Assembly (NCBI GenBank): GCA_023898485.1
Contig: CP060225.1
Coordinates: 412,824-444,823, forward strand
Length of the DNA: 32,000 nucleotides
Source: Candidatus Peribacteria bacterium
Lineage (GTDB): Bacteria > Patescibacteriota > Gracilibacteria > Absconditabacterales > Absconditicoccaceae
Reading direction: 5' to 3'
A program made the position numbers and the translations under genes. How positions within the stretch are numbered: position 1 is the first letter of the stretch; each line of letters begins with the position of its first letter. This document shows, piece by piece, positions 9,940 through 19,364 of this stretch. The notes below the pieces were generated by a model. The model saw nothing but the letters and a program-made list of their open reading frames with translations, was not told the origin of the DNA and ran no database searches.

Positions 9940-10530
9940 TTATCATCCAAACTTAAAATATTCACAAGGACATCGAATGCCATCCAGTCATTCTTCTACA
10001 AGAGAAAATCAATCCATAACTCCATTTAACATAAAATCACTGGTAGCAAGAATATCCTGACATTTATAATATCACTCTTTACTCAAATCACCAAAAACCA
10101 AGGTAGTGTGAGGCTGAAACTTATCTATGTCATCAAACAAAGTGCCATAATACAAATCTTGATCATAAACTAATTCATTTTGCACCGATACAAGCAAATC
10201 TACCAGGTAGGAAGATTTTTCTATATCTAAAAAGACAAGATACGGATTCAGTCAATCTTCTGCGCCCTTATACCGATTGTTCATAAAATCAAATCCACAT
10301 GATTGCAATGAAAAAACAGAACGACTATTGGCAAACAAATGACAACGCTTCACAAAAATACCATATTCCTCCTCTCCCAATATAACACCAGCACCTACTG
10401 TCAAATGAGGATCTCGATGATTACTCGCGTAGGTAGAATCGGCAGCAGATTCTAAATCATGTTGTAGTTTTTTCAAAGATTTCATAGTATCGCTAGAATA
10501 ATAGTGAACTAATGCATATCTTTTTTTCAT
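9940..10530 (-). CDS. 2H phosphoesterase superfamily protein (LigT / 2'-5' RNA ligase-like)
   Basis: Two H-x-T-x motifs at the expected spacing: ..HRDPHLTVGAGV.. and ..FQPHTTLVFGD... Five in-frame TGAs extend track ORF 10252..10530 by about 100 codons to the TAA at 9940-9942. Confidence 0.65.
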
Positions 10531-10554
10531 TATTAGCGTAGCAATAGATAAAAT

Positions 10555-11682
10555 CTACTTCCTCTTCCACAATTTCACCTCCTCTCCTCCGTTTCGCCAG
10601 GTCTCATATTTTCGATCGTTCAGATCCATCTTGCCCACATCATACGAGGTAATAAATCAGCCATTCGTCCCCTCTTGTTCCAAGAGTGTGATCAAATCTT
10701 CATAAAATACTTCCATATCCATTTGGTCCATTTCATCTACTGAGCCTAATTTCTCCCCTGTTTGCGGAAGCAAACGTTTACCATACGGAGGATTGGAGAC
10801 GATCATCCCATCTCGATGAGCTCGCTCACCTAATGCTTTGCGCTCTCGTGACACCAGATCACTGACGCCCGCTCTGTCTGCATTCGCTTTTGCATGAGCG
10901 ATCATTTGCAGATCTCTATCTGTACCCTTCAGGACATATTCTTTGCCAAAGAGCATTTTTGCCTCTTCGGTTTTTTTCTTGTTCGCCATATCCACGTTCC
11001 ATGTCGGCCATCTCTCACATCAGAACTCACGACTCAGACCCGGTGCACGATTGACTGCCATCATGGCTGCCTCGATGATGAACGTCCCTGATCCACACGT
11101 CGGATCCAGCAGTGGTTGTCTCCATGACCATCCCATACTCAGGAGGATGGCTGCTGCGACGTTTTCTTTGAGCGGAGCATCACCAGTATCCAGTCTATAG
11201 CCACGCTGATAGAGCGGATCGCCACTCGCATCGACGATCACTTGTACTCTATCCTGAAGGATCGACACCGTCACGAGCTGACGAATCTTCCCATCATCCT
11301 GCTGTCGATGTCCCTCTCCTCCGACCAGCGACTGGATGATAGATTTGTGGGCAATAGACTGTGTCGTACGATCTGACTGGAGTTGGGATTTTCGACTCTG
11401 CACGTGCACGATCACTCCTCTTCATTCGCCAATATACTGAGACCAATCACAAGCAACCACACGATCAAAAAGTGTATCATAATCCGTGATCATCTCATCT
11501 ACCACCACGAGTCAGACCCTATTCGCCACCCTCGATCGGATATTCACGTCCGCAATCGTGTCATAGTCTCCCTCGACCATCACCGAGCTCGTCGTCGTCT
11601 CAGTCGTGACGCAGTCCAGACGCCTGAGTTCTTTTTTGAGTATTTGTCCGGTACCACGCGGACACGTCACTAATAGTTGCAT
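10555..11682 (-). CDS. THUMP-domain class I SAM-dependent RNA methyltransferase (COG0116, RlmL/RlmK-like)
   Basis: [22 protein letters not shown].. (THUMP N-terminus) ..[37 protein letters not shown] (motif I) ..[14 protein letters not shown] (motif IV NPPY). In-frame TGAs join track ORFs 11020..11415 and 10657..10995. TAG stop at 10555-10557. Confidence 0.85.
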
Positions 11683-11715
11683 TGACACACCATCTATAAA
11701 TCAAATAAACTCGTA

Positions 11716-13266
11716 CTACTCTTGATATTGCTTAGTCGCATATCCCAACCGCGCGCCCATCATCAGCATCCATGGATAGATACTCATGCTCTCCATCATA
11801 CTATGGAGCACCAGTCACACGATACCCAGTCACACTGCTCCAAGTAGCAAATATGTTCCATCACTATTTCGTCCATTTCTTCTCCTTATTCCATTTCGTC
11901 CTACCGCCACCCACAAAGCCACCCACAGCACAAAACCAATAATACCCACTTCCATCAGGATTTGGATATACTGATTTTCGGGATGATACACTATCGTGTT
12001 CTCTCCATCTTCTGCTCTATATGCTCCTGGTCAGACCGAAGCAACTCCGTATCCTGTTCGTGGGGACTGTCAGACTTTTTGTATTCATTCAATAAGCAAT
12101 TCAACATGACCCTTGTCAGACAGATCTCTCATCAACACCCCCTGATCACGATCAGCAGCCTGAGGCACATCCACCGGTCAGGCGACACGGATCAGTCCTA
12201 TCGTAGCTATCATTCATAGTCATACTGCCACAAAAAGTGAAACTACTGAACACCAAACACTACTATAAGAGTTTGTCGTAGCAGGTGTACGACAAGTGTT
12301 TGCAAGATCAACACCCGTAGCAGGTGTCGAGCACGCACCGGCTGCGAGACTTGATTTTTTTGCGTACTTTTTGGATCAAGCCAAAAAGTTCGTCCCAGCG
12401 AAGCGTCTCACTAAGAAATGAACAACAAGAACCAGTAAAAGTTCCACCAAGAAAACTCCCCACGCTGCACGAGAGAAGGTCAGTCCCACATTGACCGTCA
12501 ATAACACTATCCAAAACACCATATGTCACCACTTGCTACCATTGGCTACCATTTGTGACCACCTCCATATATACCATGGCGCAAACGCTATCAAGAAAAA
12601 TCCCCAACTGGTCGGTCCACCAAAGATCGATCCATTGCGGATATAGCCCCATCGAACCTGCGTCAGATAGCGTACAGGCGGCGCAAATCATTCACTCCAC
12701 TGATACGCATCCATACTGTATCCAAGCGATACAAGGAGATCTGGGAGCCAGACGCTCAGTCCTCGTCGCGCAATTCCAACGACAAGTAAGACGCTGATGA
12801 TGGTCTGCATGGTTTTGGCAAGACGCTCGTATCATCACTGTAGGCGAACGACGATATATCCTGTGAGGAGGACTATTCGTGGGATGATATCGTATTTGAT
12901 GAAGACGATCCACTCACGGAGTAACTGGTCATGCACACCGAATGCCAGGATCGCAGAGAGAATCAGTAATGTAAGTAATAATCCAATCATCGTCAGGAGA
13001 AACTTGTCTGCAAACAGTTCCTTCATGCTACTTATTCTATTTATTCCACTTCGTCTCTTTCTTCCAAAGACTACCAACCACAGACTACCAACCAATAATC
13101 CTCCAATAATGAGTTCTTTCCACAGCCACACCATTTCTGGTACATCTATACCAAAACCATACACCAGTATCGTACGTAAGACGAATGGTAAGGTCATACC
13201 TATCAACCATAACTGGAGAATACGAATCATAGAAAAGAAAAGAAGAATAAAAGCAACAAGTAACAA
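11716..13266 (-). CDS. O-antigen ligase/polymerase-like (Wzy_C-type) polytopic membrane protein, paralog B, carrying an in-frame inserted element
   Basis: Many TM segments. ..GLTFSRAAWGVFLVELL.. is the Wzy_C-like SR[GA]A motif, followed by ..RTGYGVASV[G]PGAYR..PENQYIQILMEVGIIGFVLW... It is colinear with paralog A. More than 10 in-frame TGAs. TAG stop at 11716-11718. The start is uncertain (TTG at 13266 or ATG at 13230). The loop at 12247-12408 is about 45 aa longer than in paralog A. Confidence 0.7.
12340..12390. repeat. copy A of a conserved hairpin/pseudoknot module, inside the paralog B CDS
   Basis: GGCTG..GACTTGAT-ttttttgcg-TACTTTTTGG-ATCAAG-CCAAAAAGT. There are 35/42 identities to 19629-19670, and the only stem differences are compensatory (GG:CC versus CT:AG). 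Confidence 0.6.
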
Positions 13267-13280
13267 GTAATAAGTACCTG

Positions 13281-14651
13281 CTACCTCTGTTCTACCTGAT
13301 ACCTGTTACTGACATATGCTACCGTCACTCCGTATGGAATGAAAAAGAGGTAATTGACCATGCTATCGATGAAGACATGGAGTACCAGTCACTCGATCAG
13401 TAGGCCACCGAAACCCAATGACATCAGCAATATTAGCAATGAAAATAGCCCTTCATCACCCTCTATAGCCCTTCATCACCCTCTATAGCCCTTCATCACA
13501 TACCCAAACCATGTCAGGACAAACATACCAATCAATACAAGTCATGGTCGTCACATATTGACCACTCGCTGGATATAAACACTCTCTACCATAGACAGAT
13601 CATGCTGAGGACGAGTTTGGTAATCAGGTGCATAGTGCTGTGCTGGTCACGACATGCCCAATCCATAACCTCGTGGATTGTCTTGGATGACACGTCGAGC
13701 AGTAGATCGAGCACTCTCATGGGTCTGTGTCGATCCGACTTTTCGCTGCTGGATGAGACCGATAAAATATCGTGATACCAGTCATACGAAGATACTAAAC
13801 AGCAGTTTTCTCGCTCGAGAAATATTCCACAGGAGGATGATACCCGCAATCATCTGTACACCAAAGGCGACCACTGCTCCTCTACTAAGCGTCGCAAACA
13901 GCGACACCACAAAAAGTACTGTGAACAAGAACACCTGCCAACGGCGGCGGAAAAAGTTCACCACTGCAGATCTATACGATGCAAATGCTACGAGCAAAAA
14001 TCCTAAGACATTGGGTCATGCAAAGAGTCCTGACAGACGCGGATGTCCGTCTGGTCCCGTGAGATAGTACACCGGTGGAGCCATGTCTGGAGAGAAATCA
14101 CCAAATGGCCCATAGCCTAGATACTGGATGAAGATATCAGGAAAAAAGAATTTGAGCCCCTGCCATAGCCAACCGACAATCAGTAACCAGTAAAGAATAT
14201 GAAATACTGCCTTGTGTAACTGTAACAATGAGGCGGATCCTCCATTATCGTCCATAGTCCTTCACCGTCCTTCCTGTTCCTTCCGCCAAAACCCCAACCA
14301 TGTCGCTGATGTCAGGAGGACGAAGGGATAAATATCGTATTTGAAGCCGATGATAAGCTGATATCGTGTCTCTCATACCCACAGTGAGTGTCCGACTCAC
14401 CACACGACCAAAACCAGAAGAGCGAGAAGTAGTCGTTTTCGTTCATGAGCTCGTCTGATCAGCGCTTTGGGATATGAAAACGCAAGTCGTACCAGTAGAC
14501 CAAACCGCAAAACTTCTCTGCCAAAAATTCGCATTCGTTTGGTTCGAGCGAGATCGAGTCCATACGTCACTCGCGCTTGAAGGACGAAACTCGCCGCAAT
14601 CAATACCAAAAATCCGATAACATAATGTGTCACGCGCTGGAGAGAAGACAT
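13281..14651 (-). CDS. O-antigen ligase/polymerase-like (Wzy_C-type) polytopic membrane protein, paralog A
   Basis: (M)MSSLQRVTHYVIGFLVLIAASF.. ..FKYDIYPFVLL.. ..LFATLSRGAVVAFGVQMIAG.. ..PRGYGLGMS[G]PAQHY..ESVYIQRVVNM[G]RP[G]LVLIGMFV... In-frame TGAs join track ORFs 14397..14654, 14016..14255 and 13782..13997, plus the C-terminal TM region. A TAG lies immediately upstream of the start. TAG stop at 13281-13283. Confidence 0.75.
13445..13499. repeat. perfect 20-bp tandem repeat, 2.75 copies, inside the paralog A CDS
   Basis: ATAGCCCTTCATCACCCTCT x2, then ATAGCCCTTCATCAC (plus strand). On the coding strand it reads VMKGYRG[G][G]RAIEGDEGLF, so successive copies are read in different frames. Confidence 0.95.
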
Positions 14652-14763
14652 CACCTACATCATAGAATAAATATCCGTCAATCGTAATCGCCCCTGTCAT
14701 GGTTGCATCCGTCGGAAGCTTCTCTATGCTTGTGGAGCTTTTAGGTTCGTAGGTAGTGTAGGT

Positions 14764-15102
14764 ATGTCTGGCGCAAAAGCAAGAACGACCATCAACGAGA
14801 CATGGACATGGATCCAAAATCACAGATCAGACGTGATTCTCGGTCTGCTTGTTTTGAATACGTTGCTCATGCTGATCAGTTTGTGTGTGCATACAACTCC
14901 TCGTGATGTGCGCCAGATCCTCAGATCAGCACAGATGGAAGAACTCGGTGGCGAGGCCAACTATGATCGCTATCAAGACATCATCCAGAGTGATGCATAC
15001 CGCCAACAACAAACCTTCCTCATCGACCAAAAGTACAAATCATTCTTCCCGGACTCGTATACATACGATGACGCTGATATTCTCAGTGGCAGTGAAGAAT
15101 AA
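14764..15102 (+). CDS. hypothetical single-pass membrane protein sharing a module with the N-terminus of the adjacent DsbA-like protein
   Basis: Uninterrupted ORF with a TM segment (VILGLLVLNTLLMLISLC). Its segment AQMEELGGEANYDRYQDIIQSDAYRQQQ parallels MEIEKAGGDANYELLQQIYASDAFQSQQQ in the next gene. TAA stop. Confidence 0.6.
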   Translation: MSGAKARTTINETWTWIQNHRSDVILGLLVLNTLLMLISLCVHTTPRDVRQILRSAQMEELGGEANYDRYQDIIQSDAYRQQQTFLIDQKYKSFFPDSYTYDDADILSGSEE

Positions 15103-15141
15103 TCGTAATGTTGTATTTTTATTCTTGTTATATTAACCTTT

Positions 15142-16002
15142 ATGAATCAAAATGCTATTAACACCATCCTTTTGGTAGCGCTGCTCATCTTGGGTGTCGC
15201 AGGATTTGCTATGAATATGAATGGCGGTGGCAATGTAGAAAAAGCCGTCACCAATGCTCTTACTCAAATGGAAATCGAAAAAGCTGGTGGCGATGCTAAT
15301 TACGAACTCTTGCAACAAATCTATGCAAGTGATGCATTCCAATCACAACAGCAACAAGGACTCCAATCTACACTCGATCAGCTCAATGGTGCAGCTCCTT
15401 CTACTGATGATTCTGCTGCAGTTGCTCCTAGCTCGTCTACACTGACTGATGATCAGCTCGCTGCAGTGACTACTGACGTTGTTATCAAAGGAAACGCTGA
15501 CGCTCCTCTTATGCTCATCGAGTATACTGATATCGAGTGTCCTTTCTGTAAGAAACACTACGAAAATGGTACAGTAGACCAAGTCTTGGAAAACTATCCA
15601 GATGATGTACAAGTAGTGATCAAAAACTTCCCATTGAGCTTCCACCCAGAAGCACAACACAATGCAGAAGCTATCGAATGTGCTAAAGATCAAGCAGATG
15701 CTGACACAGTCTATGAGTTTATCGGTGCGCTCTTCTCTGCTGATGATATCACTGAATCAGGAACTATCGCTGTCGCTCAGTCTGTAGGACTCGATACTGA
15801 TGCCCTCCAAGCATGTATGGATAGTGGAGAAAAGACTGATGCTGTCGCTGCTGAAATGGCAGAAGGCCAGTCTGTCTTCGGTGTCAATGGCACGCCTGGA
15901 AACGTTATCCTCAACCTCGAAACTGGTGAATACAAAGTAGTTTCTGGCGCTCAACCATACAGTGCCTTCTCAGCCGCTATTAATGCTCTCTTGGCTGAAT
16001 AA
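15142..16002 (+). CDS. DsbA-family thiol:disulfide oxidoreductase (thioredoxin fold), membrane-anchored
   Basis: N-terminal TM segment (AINTILLVALLILGVAGFAM), a low-complexity linker, then ..LMLIEYTDIECPFCKKHYENG.. (CPFC active site) ..NFPLSFHPEAQHNAEA..VFGVNGTPGNVI (cis-Pro loop). No internal TGA. TAA stop. Confidence 0.85.
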   Translation: MNQNAINTILLVALLILGVAGFAMNMNGGGNVEKAVTNALTQMEIEKAGGDANYELLQQIYASDAFQSQQQQGLQSTLDQLNGAAPSTDDSAAVAPSSSTLTDDQLAAVTTDVVIKGNADAPLMLIEYTDIECPFCKKHYENGTVDQVLENYPDDVQVVIKNFPLSFHPEAQHNAEAIECAKDQADADTVYEFIGALFSADDITESGTIAVAQSVGLDTDALQACMDSGEKTDAVAAEMAEGQSVFGVNGTPGNVILNLETGEYKVVSGAQPYSAFSAAINALLAE

Positions 16003-16033
16003 TCTAGCCATCATTCCACTCATAATTATACAA

Positions 16034-16064
16034 AAACCTGGTCGCTAATGGCTAGGTTTTTTTC
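16034..16064 (+). terminator. intrinsic terminator after the DsbA-like gene
   Basis: AAACCTGGTC-gctaat-GGCTAGGTTT, a 10-bp stem with two G.U pairs, followed by TTTTTTT. Confidence 0.65.
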
Positions 16065-16220
16065 TTTAATATAAGCGACCCATACTCTCGTGCATTATTT
16101 CGCAATATAATGCAGCTTACAATCTATTGACTTCTATATCCATATATATATTTGCTATGCCTCGAAACTGAAACACAGTGGGATAGGCGATCATTACAAA
16201 CAATTTAAAAAGTATAAAAC

Positions 16221-16622
16221 ATGGAATCAAACACTTTTATAATCGTATGGATCGTTTTCAGTGTTATTAATCTGTGGTTCTTCTTTATTGAGAAGCCACA
16301 ATGGAAAACGATTGGGGATGCGCTATGGAGATTTGCAATAGCAATAACTCCCATAGCGAACATTATTATCTATGTGGTAAGGATAATAGCAGTACTAATT
16401 GCATTAAAAGAAAAAAAGTACGAAAGTTATCATTGGATAATGCGGGGTGCAGAAATTGGAGAAACCCCGCTGACCAAAAAAAATCATTTTATTACTAAAA
16501 TAGATATCCCATTGGTATTGCTCTTAACAACAATGGTATTTCTGTTTGAAAAAATCTTTACCATTTTTGAAGATGTGGGATCTTTTTGTAAAAAAATCCT
16601 TAACATCCCAATACGCAAGTAA
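16221..16622 (+). CDS. hypothetical small membrane protein (AT-rich)
   Basis: Uninterrupted 133-codon ORF with 3-4 hydrophobic segments. TAA stop, followed by a terminator hairpin. I recognise no family. Confidence 0.5.
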   Translation: MESNTFIIVWIVFSVINLWFFFIEKPQWKTIGDALWRFAIAITPIANIIIYVVRIIAVLIALKEKKYESYHWIMRGAEIGETPLTKKNHFITKIDIPLVLLLTTMVFLFEKIFTIFEDVGSFCKKILNIPIRK

Positions 16623-16626
16623 CTTG

Positions 16627-16666
16627 GTCCCCGCACCATATTGGTTTCAAGGTCGGGGATTTTTTA
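16627..16666 (+). terminator. intrinsic terminator
   Basis: TCCCCG(c)ACC-atattggtttcaa-GGTCGGGGA followed by TTTTTTAT. Confidence 0.6.
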
Positions 16667-16676
16667 TATCGATATT

Positions 16677-16696
16677 TTTCAAGTCCGGACTTGAAA
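16677..16696. repeat. perfect 20-nt palindrome TTTCAAGTCCGGACTTGAAA, with a degenerate second copy AAGTCTGGACTT at 16711-16722
   Basis: Read directly from the sequence, in the 184-bp convergent spacer between 16622 and 16807. Confidence 0.8.
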
Positions 16697-16744
16697 TGCA
16701 TCAGCTGCAGAAGTCTGGACTTTTTCTATACCAGATTTTTTCCA

Positions 16745-16777
16745 CCAAAACAAAAATCCCGCACTCTCATGCAGGAT
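16745..16777 (-). terminator. intrinsic terminator of the RNase J gene (member of a conserved terminator family)
   Basis: Minus-strand RNA is AUCCUGCA-ugagag-UGCGGGAU followed by UUUUUGUUUUGG. The stem closes with G.U pairs only on the minus strand; the plus strand would have C.A mismatches. Confidence 0.7.
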
Positions 16778-16806
16778 ATCTTGCAACTAGTCACTAGTAA
16801 CTTCTC

Positions 16807-18762
16807 TTATTCCTCTCCTCCCTGTTCTTCGATAGTCATACCGACGATATCATCGGTGACATCCATATCAGTCAGACCATCTCTATTGATATAGACATAC
16901 GATGGGACAATCATTGGCTCACGTCCGATCAGTCCTTTGACGAAGCCTCAGAGTTCGTCTTTGATAGCTTTAAGATTATCTTTGACAGAGCGAGATTTAC
17001 GCATATTATCAGTATATTTTTTGCGAGCGAACTGGACGATCGCCGTATGTACTTTCTGTACTTCTGACGAATAGACGAATCCGCGAGACTCGATCTGGAT
17101 ATTTCCGACTAGCTCTTTGGTAGTAGTATCTACTTTGAAGATGAGATTGATAACACCATGCTCTGCCATGATCTGACGAGCTTTGATCACATATTCTCCA
17201 GAGAGATGGCCTTTTCCTTTTCCATCGATCATCACTGTGTGAAGTTTGAGTGCTTCATCAGACACTTGGATCACATCATCATACACTTCGATGATCGCAC
17301 CATTGTGGTGTGGCATCAGGATTCTCTCCTCTTCCATACCCATTTTCATCGCAAGTTTCTTGTATGCAAAACGAGGTGCTGCATCGATATAATACGGCAT
17401 AAAAAACTCTGGACGAGTCATCGCTAGCACAAATTTGTGCTCCTCCTCTCCTCCGTGTCCAGATGCGTGGATATCCATATCTTTGTTCGTGATGACGTTG
17501 ATTTCTCTCTCAGCGAAGTTGTTGAGCATGTCTTGCATTTGAGATTCATTGCCTGGGATCACACTCGCAGACAGCAAGACGGTGTCGCCCTTCGCGATTC
17601 TGACACCATTGAAGTCGTCTCTCGAAATACGTGTCAGAGCAGCAAATTCCTCACCCTGTGCACCAGTCGAAAGAACGAGTACCCTCTTATCTGGTACAGA
17701 GTTAATGTCATCTGTTTTCAAGTTACGAATCAGACCCTTCGGAGCGTTGATATACCCAAGTTGTTGGCAGATTTCAATATTGTTGATCATCGATCTTCCT
17801 GCTACGAACACGATTCTATCATGTCTCACAGCAGATTGGATGAGCTGGATCACACGACCCACATTCGATGCAAATGTCGCGACGAAAAGCCTTCCATCTG
17901 TATGTTTCACGGTACTATCGATAGTATCACCGATCGCAGCTTCTGATTTGGACCATCCGGGAGTCGTACATCCGAGTGAATCTGCTATCAGCAGCTTACA
18001 TCCCTCCGCACCAAAACGTGCAAACTTTGCCAAATCTGCTGGCTTATCGATTGCAGGAGTATGGTCTATTTTGAAATCAGGAATATTGACGATCATACCC
18101 TTGGGTGTGTGGATAGCCATCGCCATCGTCTCAGGGATATTGTGGTTTACATTTGCGAACTCGATCGTAAAACATCCCAATTTGACAATATCAGTATCAG
18201 GATTGACGATAGTGTATTTGATCTTCGCAGCTTCTTTCTGGTCATCGAAGGTCTTTTTGATGATACCGAGTGCAAGTGGCGTCGTATAGATCATCGGAAA
18301 GCCAAGATCAGGGAGGATATCTCTGAGGGCTCCCACGTGATCCAAGTGACCATGGGTGACGATAATACCTCTGAGTTTCTTAATATTCTTTTTGATATAT
18401 GATACATCAGGGATAATATAATCAGCTCCGAGTGTCTCTGTCGCTGCGAATTCCATACCTGCATCGATCAGGATAAGATCATCTCCGTATTCTAAAAAAA
18501 GACACTGACCCACCTGAGTCAGACCCATCAGCGATGCCATACGAAGTGGTTTTTCTCCTTTTTTGATCTGACCAATCGGTTCACTATGAGCCAAGATGCT
18601 GTGTGTTTGTGCTACTTGATGAGCTCAGAAAGATCCCTGTTCACGACTGTATGCATTCTTAGAACGCACACTTGGGCCACGCTGAGGAGATGAAGAAGGT
18701 TTTTTAGGTGCATTTTTGCGCGCACCTGAACGAATTGTTAAATTTCCGTGTAATTCTGACAT
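16807..18762 (-). CDS. rnj: ribonuclease J (beta-CASP metallo-beta-lactamase RNase) with a basic N-terminal extension
   Basis: Core is ..LFLEYGDDLILIDAGMEF..IIVTHGHLDHVGAL..HASGHGGEEEH... The TGA at 18625-18627 links an upstream Lys/Arg/Ser/Pro-rich segment (MSELHGNLTIRSGARKNAPKKPSSSPQRGPSVRSKN..). The TGA at 16948-16950 extends the C-terminus (..KDEL[G]GFVKGLIGREPMIVPSYVYINRDG..EEQGGEE) to the TAA at 16807-16809. Confidence 0.9.
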
Positions 18763-18812
18763 AGAAAATATATAGTATATGTAAATAAAGTTTACTATCG
18801 TATCATAAACCC

Positions 18813-19364
18813 ATGCAATCACTCGATCAGCTCTACACCTACTGTAGGCAGTGCGATATCCCCTGTATGAGTCATGCGACTCGTGTCTGGCTCGAAGATT
18901 TTCTCCTCCAACACAAACCCAAAAATATCGTAGAAATCGGTGCTGCTGCGGGTTATAGTAGTCTTGTTATGGCGTCACTTGCGCAGTCTCGGTGATGAAC
19001 TATCGTCAGTAGTGAAATCTCTCGACCTCAGTACAAAAAATGTCTTTTTCACCAGAAGGCATTCCATCAGTATCACGGTCTCCAATATTATCATATCGAT
19101 GCAACACAGTCACATCAGCTACAAAAAATTATACCAGATTCCGTGTCGTTTGCGTTCGTTGATGGGATGAAAGCAGATTATATCACGTTTGTACAGCAGT
19201 TACTACCATACATGTCAGTTGGAAATTCATATATCGTCTGTGACGATGTGATACAATACCACAACAAGATACAACCATTATATGAATACTTATCAAAAAT
19301 GCAAATCCAATATCAAACCATCCCATTGGATGATGATGACGGTCTCCTTTTGATCAGTCTATAG
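18813..19364 (+). CDS. class I SAM-dependent O-methyltransferase (YrrM/caffeoyl-CoA OMT-like)
   Basis: ..PKNIVEIGAAAGYSSLVMASLAQSR[G][G]TIVSSEISRPQY..SFAFVDGMKADYITFVQ..IVCDDVIQ... The TGA-TGA at 18993-18998 joins track ORFs 18813..18995 and 19143..19364, which share a frame. Confidence 0.8.

Noticed and set aside
12240-12410. Loci 12340-12390 and 19618-19671 as a DGR variable-repeat/template-repeat pair
   Set aside because: There is no reverse transcriptase in the window. The differences are not adenine-specific, and the shared segment is only about 50 nt with compensatory stem changes.
13445-13499. The 20-bp repeats as a mini CRISPR array
   Set aside because: The copies are directly abutting with no spacers, and they lie inside a well-supported CDS.
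17158-18402. Long plus-strand ORFs (17158..17427, 17437..17946, 17549..18289, 18061..18402)
   Set aside because: They are antisense to the strongly supported RNase J gene and have no recognisable motifs. These are shadow ORFs.
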